From the NCBI GenBank assembly GCA_025594325.1, contig JANHCV010000001.1, positions 4,092,001 through 4,156,000 of the forward strand: 64,000 bases of DNA. Reading direction: 5' to 3'. Of the stretch, positions 24,601-35,844 are shown one piece after another. The position numbers were made by a program, and so were the translations under genes. The stretch is from Blastocladiella emersonii ATCC 22665. Lineage: Eukaryota; Fungi; Blastocladiomycota. How positions within the stretch are numbered: position 1 is the stretch's first letter; each line of letters opens with the position of its first letter. The notes beneath the pieces were generated by a model, which did not search any database, was not told where the DNA came from, and worked only from the letters and a program-made list of their open reading frames with translations.

Positions 24601-27600
24601 TGTCCGGGCAGCGGGCGCGGGCGGGAGCCGCCGACGAGGTCGAGTCCGGCCTCGAGCAGCGCCGCGTCGCCGAGAACGACTAGCCGCGACAGATTCTCCT
24701 TGATGTCGAGCCCCGCCAAGTCAGCGGCGGGAGACCCGTCGCGCGCATCGAGCTCGAGGTCGAGGTGCACGGCGCTGTCCCCGCGCGGGAGCCCGCGCCG
24801 CGTCGGACTCGACGCAGCCCGCGCCACCGTCGATTCGCTGGGGCACTGCTCGAGAACCCCGCGGACCTCGTCGAGCGCGCGGCGGTACACGGCGACGGTG
24901 CCCTGGAGCGTGGCGAACCGGTACTGCATGGCGACGTTACCCTGCCTGCGCGCGTTGGCGGCGCCCTGGGCCGCAAACGAGTCGGCATCCCGCCACAGGC
25001 CCGCGGCGCAGAACAGCGCCGTGGCGTGGGCGAGGACCTGGAACGCGAGCGACGAGTTGCCGGAGGTACGGGCGAGGACGCGTTTCGCGAGCGGGAGCGT
25101 GTCGAGGGCGAGCACGAGGGCGTCGGTGCCGCGGCCCTCGGCCTCGTACAGCTGGATGCGCGCGAGGCGGTCGAGGACGGCGGTGGCCGGGTCGGCGGCG
25201 CGGGTCGCAGAGACCTTGCCCTGATGGCTATCGCCAGCGGCGGCGGACCGGTCGAGGTACTCGGCGGCCTTGACCGGGTTCCCGATGGCGATGAGGTACA
25301 TGGCATACGTTGCACACCACGCGCCGCGGCGGCGGTCTTCGGGGAGGTACGCAGACGCGGCGGTGATGCACTTCCCGGCCTGGCCGACGTAGCCGAGCGC
25401 GAGGTAGACGCGGGCGAACCGGACGAGCACGTTGCCGCGGTCGACGCCGTGCTCGATGACGAGCTGGATCTGGTGCAGCTGGACGAGCAGGGCGTGCATG
25501 GACCGGCCGTCGAGGATGCGCTCGAGAACGCGCAGGTGCCACCGCGTGTCGTCGCGCAGAATCAGTGTCTTCTCGCGGACCGCGCGCTCGTACAACTCGA
25601 AGGCCGTGGCCAGGTGCGTCGCGTCGTCCTGCGCGAACGCGTGGTAGCAGTACGCGAGGGCGAGCAGCTCGGTGCGCAGGAGCTCGTCGGGGCTATCCTT
25701 GGCCGGCTACGAGTTGGTGCGAACGCGTTAGCTGGTGCTCGCGCGAATCGTGAGAGGTGAGAACCGTACCGGCTGAAGCAGCAGATCAATCGACGTAGCA
25801 ATATCGCGCTCGCACCCGACACCGTTCCGCTGCGCGACGTGCGCGAGCAGGAGATGCGCGCGGTAGATGCCCGACTGCGGCGTGATGCGCTCCCAGTGCT
25901 GGAACACCTGGCCCGCGAGATCCGCGGACCCGGCGGCGATGAGCATGCGCCACTCGAGCGCGAATACCCAGTGCGAGCGGACGAGCGAGCAGAGCGGCGT
26001 GTACGTGAGCGACGTAGCAGCGTCCGCGCCGCCGCCGCTGCCACCGGGAGCCGTGAGCGCGTGCGAAGTCGGGGACGTCTCGGACGGCGCGAGGTGGCGG
26101 CGCACGTTGTGCGAGATGAGCGTCGCAAGGTCGTTCCACGCGCGGGACTCGAGGAGGACCGTGATGGCGCGGGTCTGTGCGTCGCGCCAGGGCCGGCCGA
26201 GCGCGGTGCGGCCGGCGTACGCGTCGTGGGCGGCCGAGACTGCGGCAATGAACTCGTAACGGCGCGCGAGTTTGGCGCGGACGAGGTGCGCGGCGCCGGG
26301 CGGCTGGCGCTCGAGGTACGCCTCGAGGGCGTCGGCGGCGACCTGGCCGATGGCAATGGCGCCGGCGAGCGCGCGCTCGCGGTCCTTGGTCCACGCCTGG
26401 ACCGCGCCGGCGAACGAGGTGTCCTTGTCGTGCGCCGAGTAGCTGTTCCGGGCGCCGCCGTTGGACGACGACGAGTTGGGGCGCGACCGCGGCGCTGAGC
26501 CGAACTGGCCGATGAGCGGGCCGGGCCCGAAGCTGCTCTGGCGGCGGCGCTGGCCGAAGTGGTCGAACAGGCCCTGTGCGAGGCCGTGGGCGACGGCGCT
26601 GACGCGGAGCAGGCAGCTGAAGAGGTGCGCGTCGTCGACGGCCTGGCGGCACACCTTGTACGCGGTGGCGATGTTACGGTGGACGAGGGCGAGGTCGGGC
26701 GAGAAGTTGGCGTTGCTGCGCTGTGCGACGAGCAGCTGGGCGAGGTACATGAGCCACTCAAAGAGCGAGCGGCCGACGGTGCGCGACACGGCGAGGTACG
26801 GGAACAGGCGGGCGACGAGCAGCGAGATCGAGTCGTGCACGACCGTCAGCGACTCGGCGCCCGCGTCGTCGAACACGTTCTCGGGGTCGAAGGCGTCGGT
26901 GATGCGGGTCGTCGCGCGCACGTAGTTGCACCCGGCGCGCAGCAGGGTGGCGATGTGCGAGCGCGTCGGCCGCATCCTGGCGTTACCCGTCGCGTCGGCC
27001 TGCTCGATCCGGTTGTAGTCGCGGAGGTAGCCGAGCAGGCGGCTCATGGACTCGACGGCGGCGTTGGTCAGGGACCCGTTGCCGGCGACGAGAGCGCCGT
27101 GCGCGACGGCGATCCGGATGGCGAGCTGGACGGGGCATGGCGCCGCGGACTCGGGCTGCTGCTGGCGCAGGGCGCGCGCCTGGTTCAGGAGCCACGGCAG
27201 GACGTCGTCGGGCGCCGTGCTGGAGTCGGCCGCCGATTCCTTGGCGCACACCCAGTCGACGACGAGGGTCGCTACCGTGAGCCGTTCCTGGGCAAACTGC
27301 GGGTGCCGCTCGAGCAACCGCGCCGTGGCGAGGAGCGGGGTCGGCGGCCGCAGAAAGGCGAGCGCCGCGCACACATTGGCAAGCGGTTCCCCGCTCTGCG
27401 CGAGCCATTCGACGACCCACAGGGCGACGTGTCCTTCGGGTGCGAGGCGGATGAGGAGCTTGGCGCACGTGGCTCGCTGCTGGCGGGCGACCTCGAGGCC
27501 GTGGGTGCGCTCAAGCTCGCGTAGCCACCAGTATGGTCCACCGCGGCCGAGCTGCGCGGTGTCGAGCAGATCGGCGTTCAGGGCGCGGGCCTCCTCGGCC

Positions 27601-28217
27601 GTGAACGGCTCGGCTTGAACGCGTAGAGCGAGCGAGCGCAGGCGCAAGGCGTAGTAGGCGACGACGAGCTGGACGAGACCGGGCGCCGGCTGGACACCGG
27701 GTGCCGCGACGAGCAGCCACGGGTTGGGCGATGGGCGGGCGAGGGCGTCGGGGTGGCAGCGCTCGAGGCGGGTCTTGAAGTGGTCGAGTGCAGCAAGCTG
27801 GGCCGTGGCGGGGACGAGGTTGGCGCCGACGAGCGAGGTGAGGACGTTGACCATACGCTTCTCGATGAGCAGGCCGGGCAGCGTGATGGCGTCGAGTGCG
27901 GCGGCGGCCACGGCGTACGCGTCGTGCACCACGGCGGCGCGTTTCCGGCACGCGGCCAGGGCCTCGGGCGACGCGGGCGCGGCGGCGGTCACGGAGAGCG
28001 CCGCGATGGCCCGGGCGCACGCAGAGAGAATGCGGCTCGCGGCGTCCACGTCCGAGTCGCGCGGCCCCGCGGGCGTCGAGAACAGCGCGCGTTGGCGCGG
28101 CGTAGGGGCGGGCGACGCGTCGAAGGTGCGCCTTACCCACTCGCGCAGCTCGAGGACGAGCTTGGGCGTCGCCTTGGCCGGGTCGGCGAGGTGGACGGCG
28201 ATCGCGGCGGCGTCCAT
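21674..28217 (-). CDS. ESP1: Separase (peptidase C50), 3 exons
   Basis: Catalytic His in FLYIGHGGG and Cys in ILMGCSSG; VVANLWDVTDRDIDRY; ILDAHLHAIPWES; WWEERRVLD; long N-terminal helical region. Confidence 0.93.
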
Positions 28218-28681
28218 GGTGGCGGGGTGGCCGGATCAGAGCGGCGTGGGAGGGGTGCAGGCGGTGCTGCGGTGCGCAAGTTGCATGGAGAGCGGGTTGA
28301 ATGCTGGGAGGGAGGAGGGGGAGGGGACGGCTGCGGTTGCAAAGGACGGGCGACTGCACCGCGCGCGTGTGGGACGCCGATCTCGCTGTATCACATGATA
28401 TTGCGACGCCTCATGCATGTGTCTCGCGCCCGCTGCGAGACACTTGCGCGATCGAGGTCGTAGATCGCTCTCGCGGGTCTTGGTGAGGAGCTCGCTGGCG
28501 CCAAGTCGCTCCCGAGGCCTTCAGCGAGGCCACGGCTGAGCAGACCGTCCATGTCCTCGTCGTCGTTGCGTCGGGGTCCGGCTCCTCGCTGACCATCAGA
28601 TGTTCGACGAGATGCGCCTCTCATGTGACGACCGCGAGCCCAAAGTCGCGTTCTCGCATGGCCACGCGGCCAGCCGCATGA

Positions 28682-28688
28682 TATAAAA
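28682..28688 (+). promoter_or_regulatory. TATA box upstream of the RraA-like gene
   Basis: TATAAAA about 70 nt upstream of ATG 28756, conspicuous in a GC-rich background. Confidence 0.6.
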
Positions 28689-28755
28689 CCGGGAAGCGCC
28701 GCCCCGAAGCGATCCGCGCTCTCCCCAACGGACCTCCCTCCATGCATCTCTAACC

Positions 28756-29476
28756 ATGACCGACAACAACCGCTCCGAGCTCGCTCTCCTTGCGCAGTAC
28801 GGCGCGTGCGACGTCGCTGACGCCCTCGACAAGCTTGGCCACGCCGCGGGCTACCTGCACACGCCGCAGCTGCTTGTCCCGCCGCCGGGCACCGGCGCCA
28901 CCAAGGCCGTCGGCTTCGCGTACACGGTTGAGGTACATCTCGAGCAGCGCATCCTGGGTTGTGGCGAAGGGGCTCACAAGCAGCGTCTAGATTGTGGCGC
29001 ACGACGACGCGTCGGCGCCGACGTACACGGGCAACTACGTCGACGCGTGCCCCGCGGGCGCCGTGATGGTCGTCTCGGTCCCGCCCGCCGCGCACAATGC
29101 CGTGTTCGGCGGCCTGCTGGCGACGCGCGCGAGCGTCGTGGGCGCCGCGGGCTTCGTGTCCAACGGCCGCGTCCGCGACATTGACGAGATCCACGACGCC
29201 AAGGTTCCTGCGTTCGTCGGCGGCGTCAGCATCCTGTCGGCGCAGAAGCGCACGCGCGTCGCTCGCACCAACGAGCCCGTCACGATCGACGGCGTCACGG
29301 TGAACAGCGGCGACGTGATCGTGGCCGACGCGAACGGCGTCGCGGTCGTCCCGCACGCCTTGGTCGGCGCCGTCGCCGACATGTGCGCCAAGCTGGTCGT
29401 CATCGACGACAAGGTCAAGGTCGACGTGCTGGCCGGCGCGTCGCTCGTCGAGGGCTTTAAGAAGTGGCGCGGCTGA
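28756..29476 (+). CDS. RraA-like / 4-hydroxy-4-methyl-2-oxoglutarate (HMG) aldolase family protein, 220 aa, intron 28933-28990
   Basis: CDVADALDKLG, AVGFAYTVE, AVFGGLLATRA..GAAGFVSNGRVRDIDEI and VNSGDVIVADANGVAVVP; the splice joins the two exons in phase 0. Confidence 0.88.
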
Positions 29477-29568
29477 GCATCGACGGCGGAATAAACCTCG
29501 TGTTGCGCTGGCATTTCCGCCCTGCTCTCTCCAACCACTCACCCGCAACGCATCACGTAAACCACTCC

Positions 29569-31155
29569 ATGCAACGAGCCATGCGGTTGACCGAGGCCGC
29601 GCGCACGCTGTCGCTGGTCGTGCGCGACCACGTTGCGGGGCAGTGGCGCGGCGCCGTGGCCGACCGGCGGTCCGCGGGCCGCGTCGGGTACTGGTTCGAC
29701 GGCGACCGGGTCCGCGTGCTGCACTCGCCCGCCGACTTCTACGACCAGCTCAAGGTCAACATCCGCGCCGCCAAGCGCCGCATCGTGCTGTCGGCGCTGT
29801 ACATTGGCCACGGCGAGCGCGACCTGATCGACACGCTGCACGCCGCGCTCGCCGCCAACCCGGACACGCGCCTGACGATCCTCGTCGACTACCTGCGCGG
29901 CACCCGCGGCGCCGAGAACTCGGTGACCGCGCTGTCGCCGCTGCTCGCCGCGTACCCGGGCCGCGTCGAGATCGCCCTGTACCACACGCCCGAGCTGACG
30001 GGGTGGAAGAAGCGCCTCATCCCGCAGCGCTTCAACGAGACGATTGGCCTGCTGCACTTCAAGCTGTTCGCGACCGACGACTCGCTCATCATCTCGGGCG
30101 CCAACCTGAGCAAGGACTACTTTACGAACCGCCAGGACCGCTACATGCTGATCGACGACGCGCGCATCGCCGGCCACTACGCGCGCCTCGTCGAGACGGT
30201 CGCCCAGGTCTCGTTCCGCGTGCCCGCGCCCAACACGATTGAGGCGCCGTCGCCCAACCCCGTCACCGAGCCCGCCGCGTTCCGCCGCCACGCGCGCGCC
30301 AAGCTGCTGCCCGCGCTCGAGCTCGTGGACCGCTCCGAGACGGACGGCGTGGCGCTGGTCTCGTCCGATTTGCAGCCGCAATCGCACGCGCACCGCGAGG
30401 ACACGCTCGTGGTCCCGGCGTTCCAGGCGAGCCCGCTTGGGATCCACCAGGAGCAGGAGCTGATGCGCGGTTTGTGGGAGGGACTGCGGTCCACGTCGCC
30501 GCCCCCACCGACTGCAGCCAACGCGAACGCGAAACCGCATCTCGCGCCGCAGTGGGACCTGTACTTCACGTCGGGCTACTTCAACATGACGCCGGGCGTC
30601 TTCTCGACGATTCTGTCGCTGCGGCGCCCGCTGCACGTGCTGACGGCGAGCCCGCAGGCCAACGGGTTCTACGGGTCGCGCGGCGTGTCGCAGTACGTGC
30701 CCAACGCCTACTCGTGGCTCGAGGCCCGGTTCCTGCGCAACGTGCAGCACGTCAAGGACGCCCCGCCCGTGGTCCTCGAGGAGTACGCGCGCACCGTCGA
30801 CAAGACCCCCTGGACGTTCCACGCCAAGGGCCTGTGGATCCGGCGCGTCCCCGGACACCCGGTCCTCGTCGGCGGCAAGCACGAGTCAGCCGCGGCGACC
30901 ACGGCCGCGGCGGAACCGCCGGTCCCCGTCGTCACCGTGATCGGGTCGTCCAACTTTGGCCACCGGTCGGCGCACCGCGACCTCGAGGCTCAGGCCATCG
31001 TCGTGACGACGAATCCGCGGCTCCAGGCGCAGCTGCAGCACGAGGTGGCGAGCCTGTGGAAGCACGCGACGCCCGTCGACCTGCCGACGCTCGAGGCACG
31101 CAACGTGCACTGGCTCACCAAGCTCACGGCCTATCTCACGCAAAACATGTTCTAG
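29569..31155 (+). CDS. PGS1: Mitochondrial CDP-diacylglycerol--glycerol-3-phosphate 3-phosphatidyltransferase (PLD superfamily), intronless
   Basis: RIVLSALYIG, LVDYLRGTRG, HFKLFATDDSLIISGANLSKDYFTNRQDRY, second HxK motif TFHAKGLW, IGSSNFGHRS..RDLEAQ; Arg-rich N-terminal presequence. Confidence 0.92.
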   Translation: MQRAMRLTEAARTLSLVVRDHVAGQWRGAVADRRSAGRVGYWFDGDRVRVLHSPADFYDQLKVNIRAAKRRIVLSALYIGHGERDLIDTLHAALAANPDTRLTILVDYLRGTRGAENSVTALSPLLAAYPGRVEIALYHTPELTGWKKRLIPQRFNETIGLLHFKLFATDDSLIISGANLSKDYFTNRQDRYMLIDDARIAGHYARLVETVAQVSFRVPAPNTIEAPSPNPVTEPAAFRRHARAKLLPALELVDRSETDGVALVSSDLQPQSHAHREDTLVVPAFQASPLGIHQEQELMRGLWEGLRSTSPPPPTAANANAKPHLAPQWDLYFTSGYFNMTPGVFSTILSLRRPLHVLTASPQANGFYGSRGVSQYVPNAYSWLEARFLRNVQHVKDAPPVVLEEYARTVDKTPWTFHAKGLWIRRVPGHPVLVGGKHESAAATTAAAEPPVPVVTVIGSSNFGHRSAHRDLEAQAIVVTTNPRLQAQLQHEVASLWKHATPVDLPTLEARNVHWLTKLTAYLTQNMF

Positions 31156-31257
31156 CCCATCCCGCTACTCCTAGTCAAATATAAAGTGCATGTAGTACTG
31201 AATGATGATCCATCTCCCTTAGCACACGCCCACCGCAACGACGACGACCACGTCCGC

Positions 31258-32919
31258 TCAGAACGTGAGGTTGCGCGGGGCGCGCGGCACCTCGAACTTG
31301 CACACGCGCGCCGCGTCGAGGGCGAACCCGAGCGGGTCGGCCATGGTCGTGAGGTACACGGCGAGGTGGGTGCCGATCGTCTTGACGTGCGCCCAGTACG
31401 TCTTCACTGGCTCGGTGCAGATGATGGACTTGACGACGGCGTCATCGACCGCATCGTCGGCGCCGGCCGTCCACAGGTACTGGCGGTAGTCGGCGTACGT
31501 CGACCAGACAGCCTCGAGCGCGTACACGGTGTCGAACTGCGACGGCCATCCCTGCGCGGGGCGGTCGGGCACGTCCTTGGCGTTACCCGGCGCCGCGAGG
31601 TCGATGGCCGGCGGGGCGACGCCGCCCGTGAGCGGCTTCTTGGGCTGCGTCGGGTTGTACTTGAACGCCGTGCACGCGTCGCGCGCCGCCGCCACGTTGC
31701 TCCACGCCTTGTAGATGAACGTGCGGCCCCAGTCGCCGACCGCGCGCTCGGGCTCGGGGCACGCCGCGTGCAGCTTGGCCGCCGCACGCACGGCGACCTC
31801 GAAGCACGGCCGCGTCGTACCGAGCAGCGCACGGTCCGTGCTGCACACTACGGGCGGCGCAGCGTAGAACAGCGAGCCGCCGAAACACGTCCTCACGTCC
31901 GCGTCCGTGTCGACTGCCGCCGCGGCGGCCGCGCACGCCGCGTTGTCGGCGATCACGGCGTCGGGGATCTCGCGCGAGAAGGCGATGGCGGGGCGCGCAG
32001 GGAGACGCGTCGGGGCCGCGGTGGCCGAGGAAGATACCGAGGTGCGCGTCGCGACCGTCGTCGTGTCGAACGTGGCCGTCGCCGCCGTCAGCGTCTCGAA
32101 CGTCACCGTGGCCGCGTCGACGTCGGTCTCGGTGGCGGTGGCGGCGGCCGTCGTCTCGGTCGCATCGGCGTCGATGGTCGCGAGCGTGACGGCCGTCTCC
32201 GCCGTCGTGGTCGCCGACGAGTGGGCGGTTGGGAAGGGGAACGGCAGGATCGTGAACCGCGGCTCGTCGTCGTCCGTGTGGGTCTTGGTGGCCGACACGG
32301 TCGCCGCGTCAGCGTCGGTCACGGTCGTCGAGGTGGCGGTGGCCTTGGTCGAGGTCTCCTCGGGCAGCGGCAGGATCGTGAACTCGATATCGACGCTCGT
32401 GGTAGACGTGGTGGCGGCCACCGACGTGGTCACGGGGAACGTGTGCGTGACGATGTCGTCGCCGGGGAACGGCAGGATCGTGAACTGGATGTTGTCCTCG
32501 TCGCCGGTCGTGGTCTTGGAAGCGGCCGACGACGACGTGGTCACGGGCAGGATCGTGAAGTGCGGGTTGGTGTACGTGGTAGTGGTCGCGGTGGCAGTGG
32601 TGGAGGAGGAGCTGCTCGCGGTGCCGAACCACGGCAGGATCGTGAAGACCGAGTCGCCGTCGTCGTCGCCCGAGGACGCGCCCGTCGCCTCGGCCGTCTG
32701 CGTCGCGGTAGTTGTCACACGGCTCGTCGTCTTGGTGGCGGCGACGGACGACGCGTGGCTGCTGCTCTCGATGGCGGCCGCACCGCGCGGCGCGATGCGC
32801 ATACCGTGGACGGCGACGGCGGCCGAGCACGCGAGCACGAGGAGGAGCGGGAGCGCCGTCGTGGCTGGCGCGCGGCAGGCGCGACGACGCGAGGAGGTAG
32901 AGGAGGTAGAGGAAGTCAT
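31258..32919 (-). CDS. Secreted protein: signal peptide, Ser/Thr-rich stalk with 5 FTILP repeats, C-terminal 8-Cys domain; family unknown
   Basis: 553-aa ORF with host-like G/C-ending codons; hydrophobic LPLLLVLACSAAVAVHG; TATA box upstream; domain homologous to 33426..34244. Confidence 0.8.
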   Translation of the reverse strand: MTSSTSSTSSRRRACRAPATTALPLLLVLACSAAVAVHGMRIAPRGAAAIESSSHASSVAATKTTSRVTTTATQTAEATGASSGDDDGDSVFTILPWFGTASSSSSTTATATTTTYTNPHFTILPVTTSSSAASKTTTGDEDNIQFTILPFPGDDIVTHTFPVTTSVAATTSTTSVDIEFTILPLPEETSTKATATSTTVTDADAATVSATKTHTDDDEPRFTILPFPFPTAHSSATTTAETAVTLATIDADATETTAAATATETDVDAATVTFETLTAATATFDTTTVATRTSVSSSATAAPTRLPARPAIAFSREIPDAVIADNAACAAAAAAVDTDADVRTCFGGSLFYAAPPVVCSTDRALLGTTRPCFEVAVRAAAKLHAACPEPERAVGDWGRTFIYKAWSNVAAARDACTAFKYNPTQPKKPLTGGVAPPAIDLAAPGNAKDVPDRPAQGWPSQFDTVYALEAVWSTYADYRQYLWTAGADDAVDDAVVKSIICTEPVKTYWAHVKTIGTHLAVYLTTMADPLGFALDAARVCKFEVPRAPRNLTF

Positions 32920-33091
32920 GGTGGTAGAGTGGCGAAGTGCGTGGAGGGTATGCGCGGCGAGGTATCTATGGAGAGAAGTCGAGGATGCCGCGAGGTATGT
33001 CTATCACGCGCCGGCGCCGTCTATCGAGTGGCCGTCTACTGGTCGTGTATGCGGTGCGGGGAGCGCGAGGTGGTGGAGGAGCGGGCCTCGC

Positions 33092-33098
33092 TTTTATA
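33092..33098 (-). promoter_or_regulatory. TATA box of the 31258..32919 gene
   Basis: Plus-strand ttttata equals TATAAAA on the minus strand, about 170 nt upstream of the ATG. Confidence 0.55.
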
Positions 33099-33425
33099 CC
33101 GGCGCGTCCGCGAGCGAGCGGGGGCCGACGCGCGCGGCGACGCGTCGCGCCACACGGCCGCCGGTCTGTCTCCCGCCCCACGCGCGAGTCACGCCGTTTC
33201 CGGCCGCGACCCCTGTCTCGCGGCTGCCGCAATCGCGCGCTTCTCGCGCCCTATCACGCCTCGCGCGCTCACGGAAAGAAGGGAGAAGAAGCAGAAGACG
33301 GGGTGCTTGTTACTTGCCTCCTCGCGCAACCATCGCAACGACGCCGACGAGCGGGGAGTGGAGGGGAGGATCGACAACGACGAAGGGGGACACACAACAC
33401 CACCATCGGCGACGCGCGGCTGAAC

Positions 33426-34244
33426 TTAGAAGAAGAGCGAGACGAGGTCGGGGACAATGTCCGGGTTGGCGGCCGCGTTGGCAAACGTCGGGGTCGCGCC
33501 GGCCGTCGCCGTCGCCGTGGCGGTCGCGGTGCGGGCGGGCGCGGGCTTCGGGACGGCGAACTTGCACTCGTCGGCAATGGCCTGGGTGAAGCCGGTCGTG
33601 TTGGTCATGACGCTGTAGTAGACGATGGGCTGCTCGCCGAGCACGGCCACGTTGCGCCAGTACACCTTGTTGGCGTCGGTGCACAGCACGCGCTTGCGCT
33701 CGGCCGCGTCCTCGGGGACGCCGGTCCACTGCCACGTCGCCCAGTCCATGTGCGAGAAGTAGGTCTGCTCGAGCGCCGTCTGCTTGGACTCGCCGTTGCC
33801 GGGCACGCTGCACGCGTCGGCGGCGGCCGCCGCGTTGCCCCACGACTTGTACACGACCGTCTGCCCGAACCCGCCGTCGAGGTCCTGCGTGCACGCGTCG
33901 GCGAGCTGCTTGGCCGCCGCCACCGTGGCGTTGAAGCACTCGGGCTGCTCGGGCGCGCCGGGCGCCACCACGCCGCGGCACACCTGGCTCGGCGTCGAGA
34001 AGAAGAGGGCCACCTCGGGGAAGCACTTGCGGATAGTCGGGTTGGCGTCGACCGACTTGGCCGCGGCAGCGCACACCGGGTTGGCGAGCACCGCGTCGTT
34101 CAGGTTGCCCGAGAAGGTGTTGGTGAACTCGGCCACCTTGGCGCCGCCCGTCGGGGCCGCGGCGGGCGAGTCGACGGGCACGGCGCCCGCCGAGAGCGCG
34201 GCGAGGAGGACGGTGGCGATGGTCACGAGGGTAAGCTTGGTCAT
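33426..34244 (-). CDS. Secreted 8-Cys-domain protein, 272 aa; paralog of 31258..32919; family unknown
   Basis: Signal peptide MTKLTLVTIATVLLAALSAGA; 8 Cys that align with the neighbouring gene; TATATATA peptide tail. Confidence 0.85.
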   Translation of the reverse strand: MTKLTLVTIATVLLAALSAGAVPVDSPAAAPTGGAKVAEFTNTFSGNLNDAVLANPVCAAAAKSVDANPTIRKCFPEVALFFSTPSQVCRGVVAPGAPEQPECFNATVAAAKQLADACTQDLDGGFGQTVVYKSWGNAAAAADACSVPGNGESKQTALEQTYFSHMDWATWQWTGVPEDAAERKRVLCTDANKVYWRNVAVLGEQPIVYYSVMTNTTGFTQAIADECKFAVPKPAPARTATATATATAGATPTFANAAANPDIVPDLVSLFF

Positions 34245-34790
34245 GGTGTGTATGGTGTCTTGTTACCTACGGATTGTGAGGGAGGAGGGACAGGCGATGA
34301 GAGGTCAGGGACCGCGTTTGACGATGGACCGAGGTCGGCGCCGCGTACAGCGTTTTGCGTCTCAGTCTATGTCGAGTGTATGTGATGAGCGCTAGCGCTG
34401 CCGATGCTGGCCCTGCCAAGCGATGTAAGACGTTGCGTAGCGAGTTAGGGAGGGGAGAGAGAGAGGCGCCGGCGCGCGTGCGCGATTTCGAAGCGGTCGC
34501 GCTCCCTGGCGCCTCTTCATGCACTGTGAGGCTGGGGTGGCGCCGCGCTCACCTGACCCTGAGGGTCGGTGTTCCGGTGACTCCGATATGCATTCAACTG
34601 CGAAAATACGTGGAGGACGAGGGAAAATAATATGATTTTCGTTCAAATGATCGACAATGACAAAAGACGCGTGAATATGACGCGTTTTCCGTCGACTTGC
34701 GAGAAAACGGCACCCATCAACGCCCCATCACAACGACGCGAGATGGAACCGACGTTGACGACCCGTCGAGCAAGTCGAATGCAGCCAACA

Positions 34791-35308
34791 TCAAGCATGC
34801 ATCTTTGCCGCCGACGCGCACTCCGAGCAGTAATTGGGAGGAGGAGTGGCCGGGAGGACTGCAGGGAAGTCGTGGCCGCCCACGACGGACACGGGTCGAT
34901 TGCCGTGACAAGGACGTCAGTCGTGATCTGCAGAGTGTAGCCGAAAACTACGACGAACAGCATGAGCATCCAGGTGCCTTCGTTCGAGGCAGCAAGGTAC
35001 ATCACGCCGAGCGCAAGCAAACAGCCGGCAAAGAGAACGCCAAGCGCGATGTGCTCAATCAGCCGCGAGTCTCGAATCGGTCCCGTTGCACGTAGGAGAT
35101 GTTTGGCCGGCTTCCCAGGAAATACGACGACGGCGCCCAGCGAACGCGTTACCTTGGGAGGGATCCGAGCCGTGAGTTGATGCATGCGAAGCACGAGCCG
35201 TTCGGCAACGCCAAGCTCGTTGCTGTCGAGCACACCGCTCTGGATTACGAGTTGATGTACAAAGTCCGGCATGGTCGTTGCACGCGGTTGCTTGGGAGGA
35301 AAGAGCAT
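34791..35308 (-). pseudogene. Small membrane protein with a C-terminal CxxC..CxxC zinc ribbon, interrupted by a 1-nt deletion at about 34881 (pseudogene or sequencing error)
   Basis: Aligns with the 35845 ORF (FPGKPAKHLLRATGPIRD vs LPGNPTKFVQRMTGPIRD; AIDPCPS vs VLDPCPSC). Adding one base restores CGGHDFPAVLPATPPPNYCSECASAAKMHA* with the stop at 34791. Confidence 0.6.
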
Positions 35309-35591
35309 GAGCAGGCGGCGTCAATTAAGGTGCCGCAAGAGCGAGGACGGCCAGCGCTCGCTTCGCTCCGCTCTAGAGGCTGATGCTCACCTACGACTTG
35401 TTTGGACCACCTAAAAACGTGACCTTCAACCGTGTGCAATTTGCACGAGAGCTCCGAGGCGCCAAATCAACCCGATTAGCGAGATCCCGCCTTTGAAGTC
35501 CAGCCATCATTCCAAGGATCACGCGGTCAAGAGCACTGAGGCGTCACAGCTCGGGCAGCGAAGAGCCTTGAACAACTCTTCTCTGCGGTTA

Positions 35592-35631
35592 AAGTTGGAA
35601 CACGGGGGAAGTTGGAACACGGGGGAAGTTG
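35592..35631. repeat. Perfect 17-bp tandem duplication AAGTTGGAACACGGGGG x2 plus a partial copy
   Basis: Read directly from the sequence. Confidence 0.9.
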
Positions 35632-35844
35632 CGAGGTGCTGTTGTTGCAATCAGAGCGCGGGAGCGCGGGTGCACTGCGACAGCAGCCTCGCAGCCGCGC
35701 ATTTCACGCTGAAGTCACTGGGGCAGGTGTGCGACCCGTGCATATCCCAGCGATTTCTATCCTGACATTTCCTCATGTTTGTGAGCGGATTATGTATCAG
35801 TTGACAACGGAAACAAGTCGTTGATGCGCAAAAACAGGTCGCCA

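Noticed and set aside
29464-29568. Apparent overlap of the PGS1 ORF start with the RraA-like stop
   Set aside because: The ORF-track start is not an ATG; the first ATG is at 29569, leaving a normal short intergenic gap.
34643-34790. C-terminal tail of the 221-aa ORF 34643..35308
   Set aside because: It results from the 1-nt frameshift at about 34881; homology to the paralog continues in another frame that stops at 34791.
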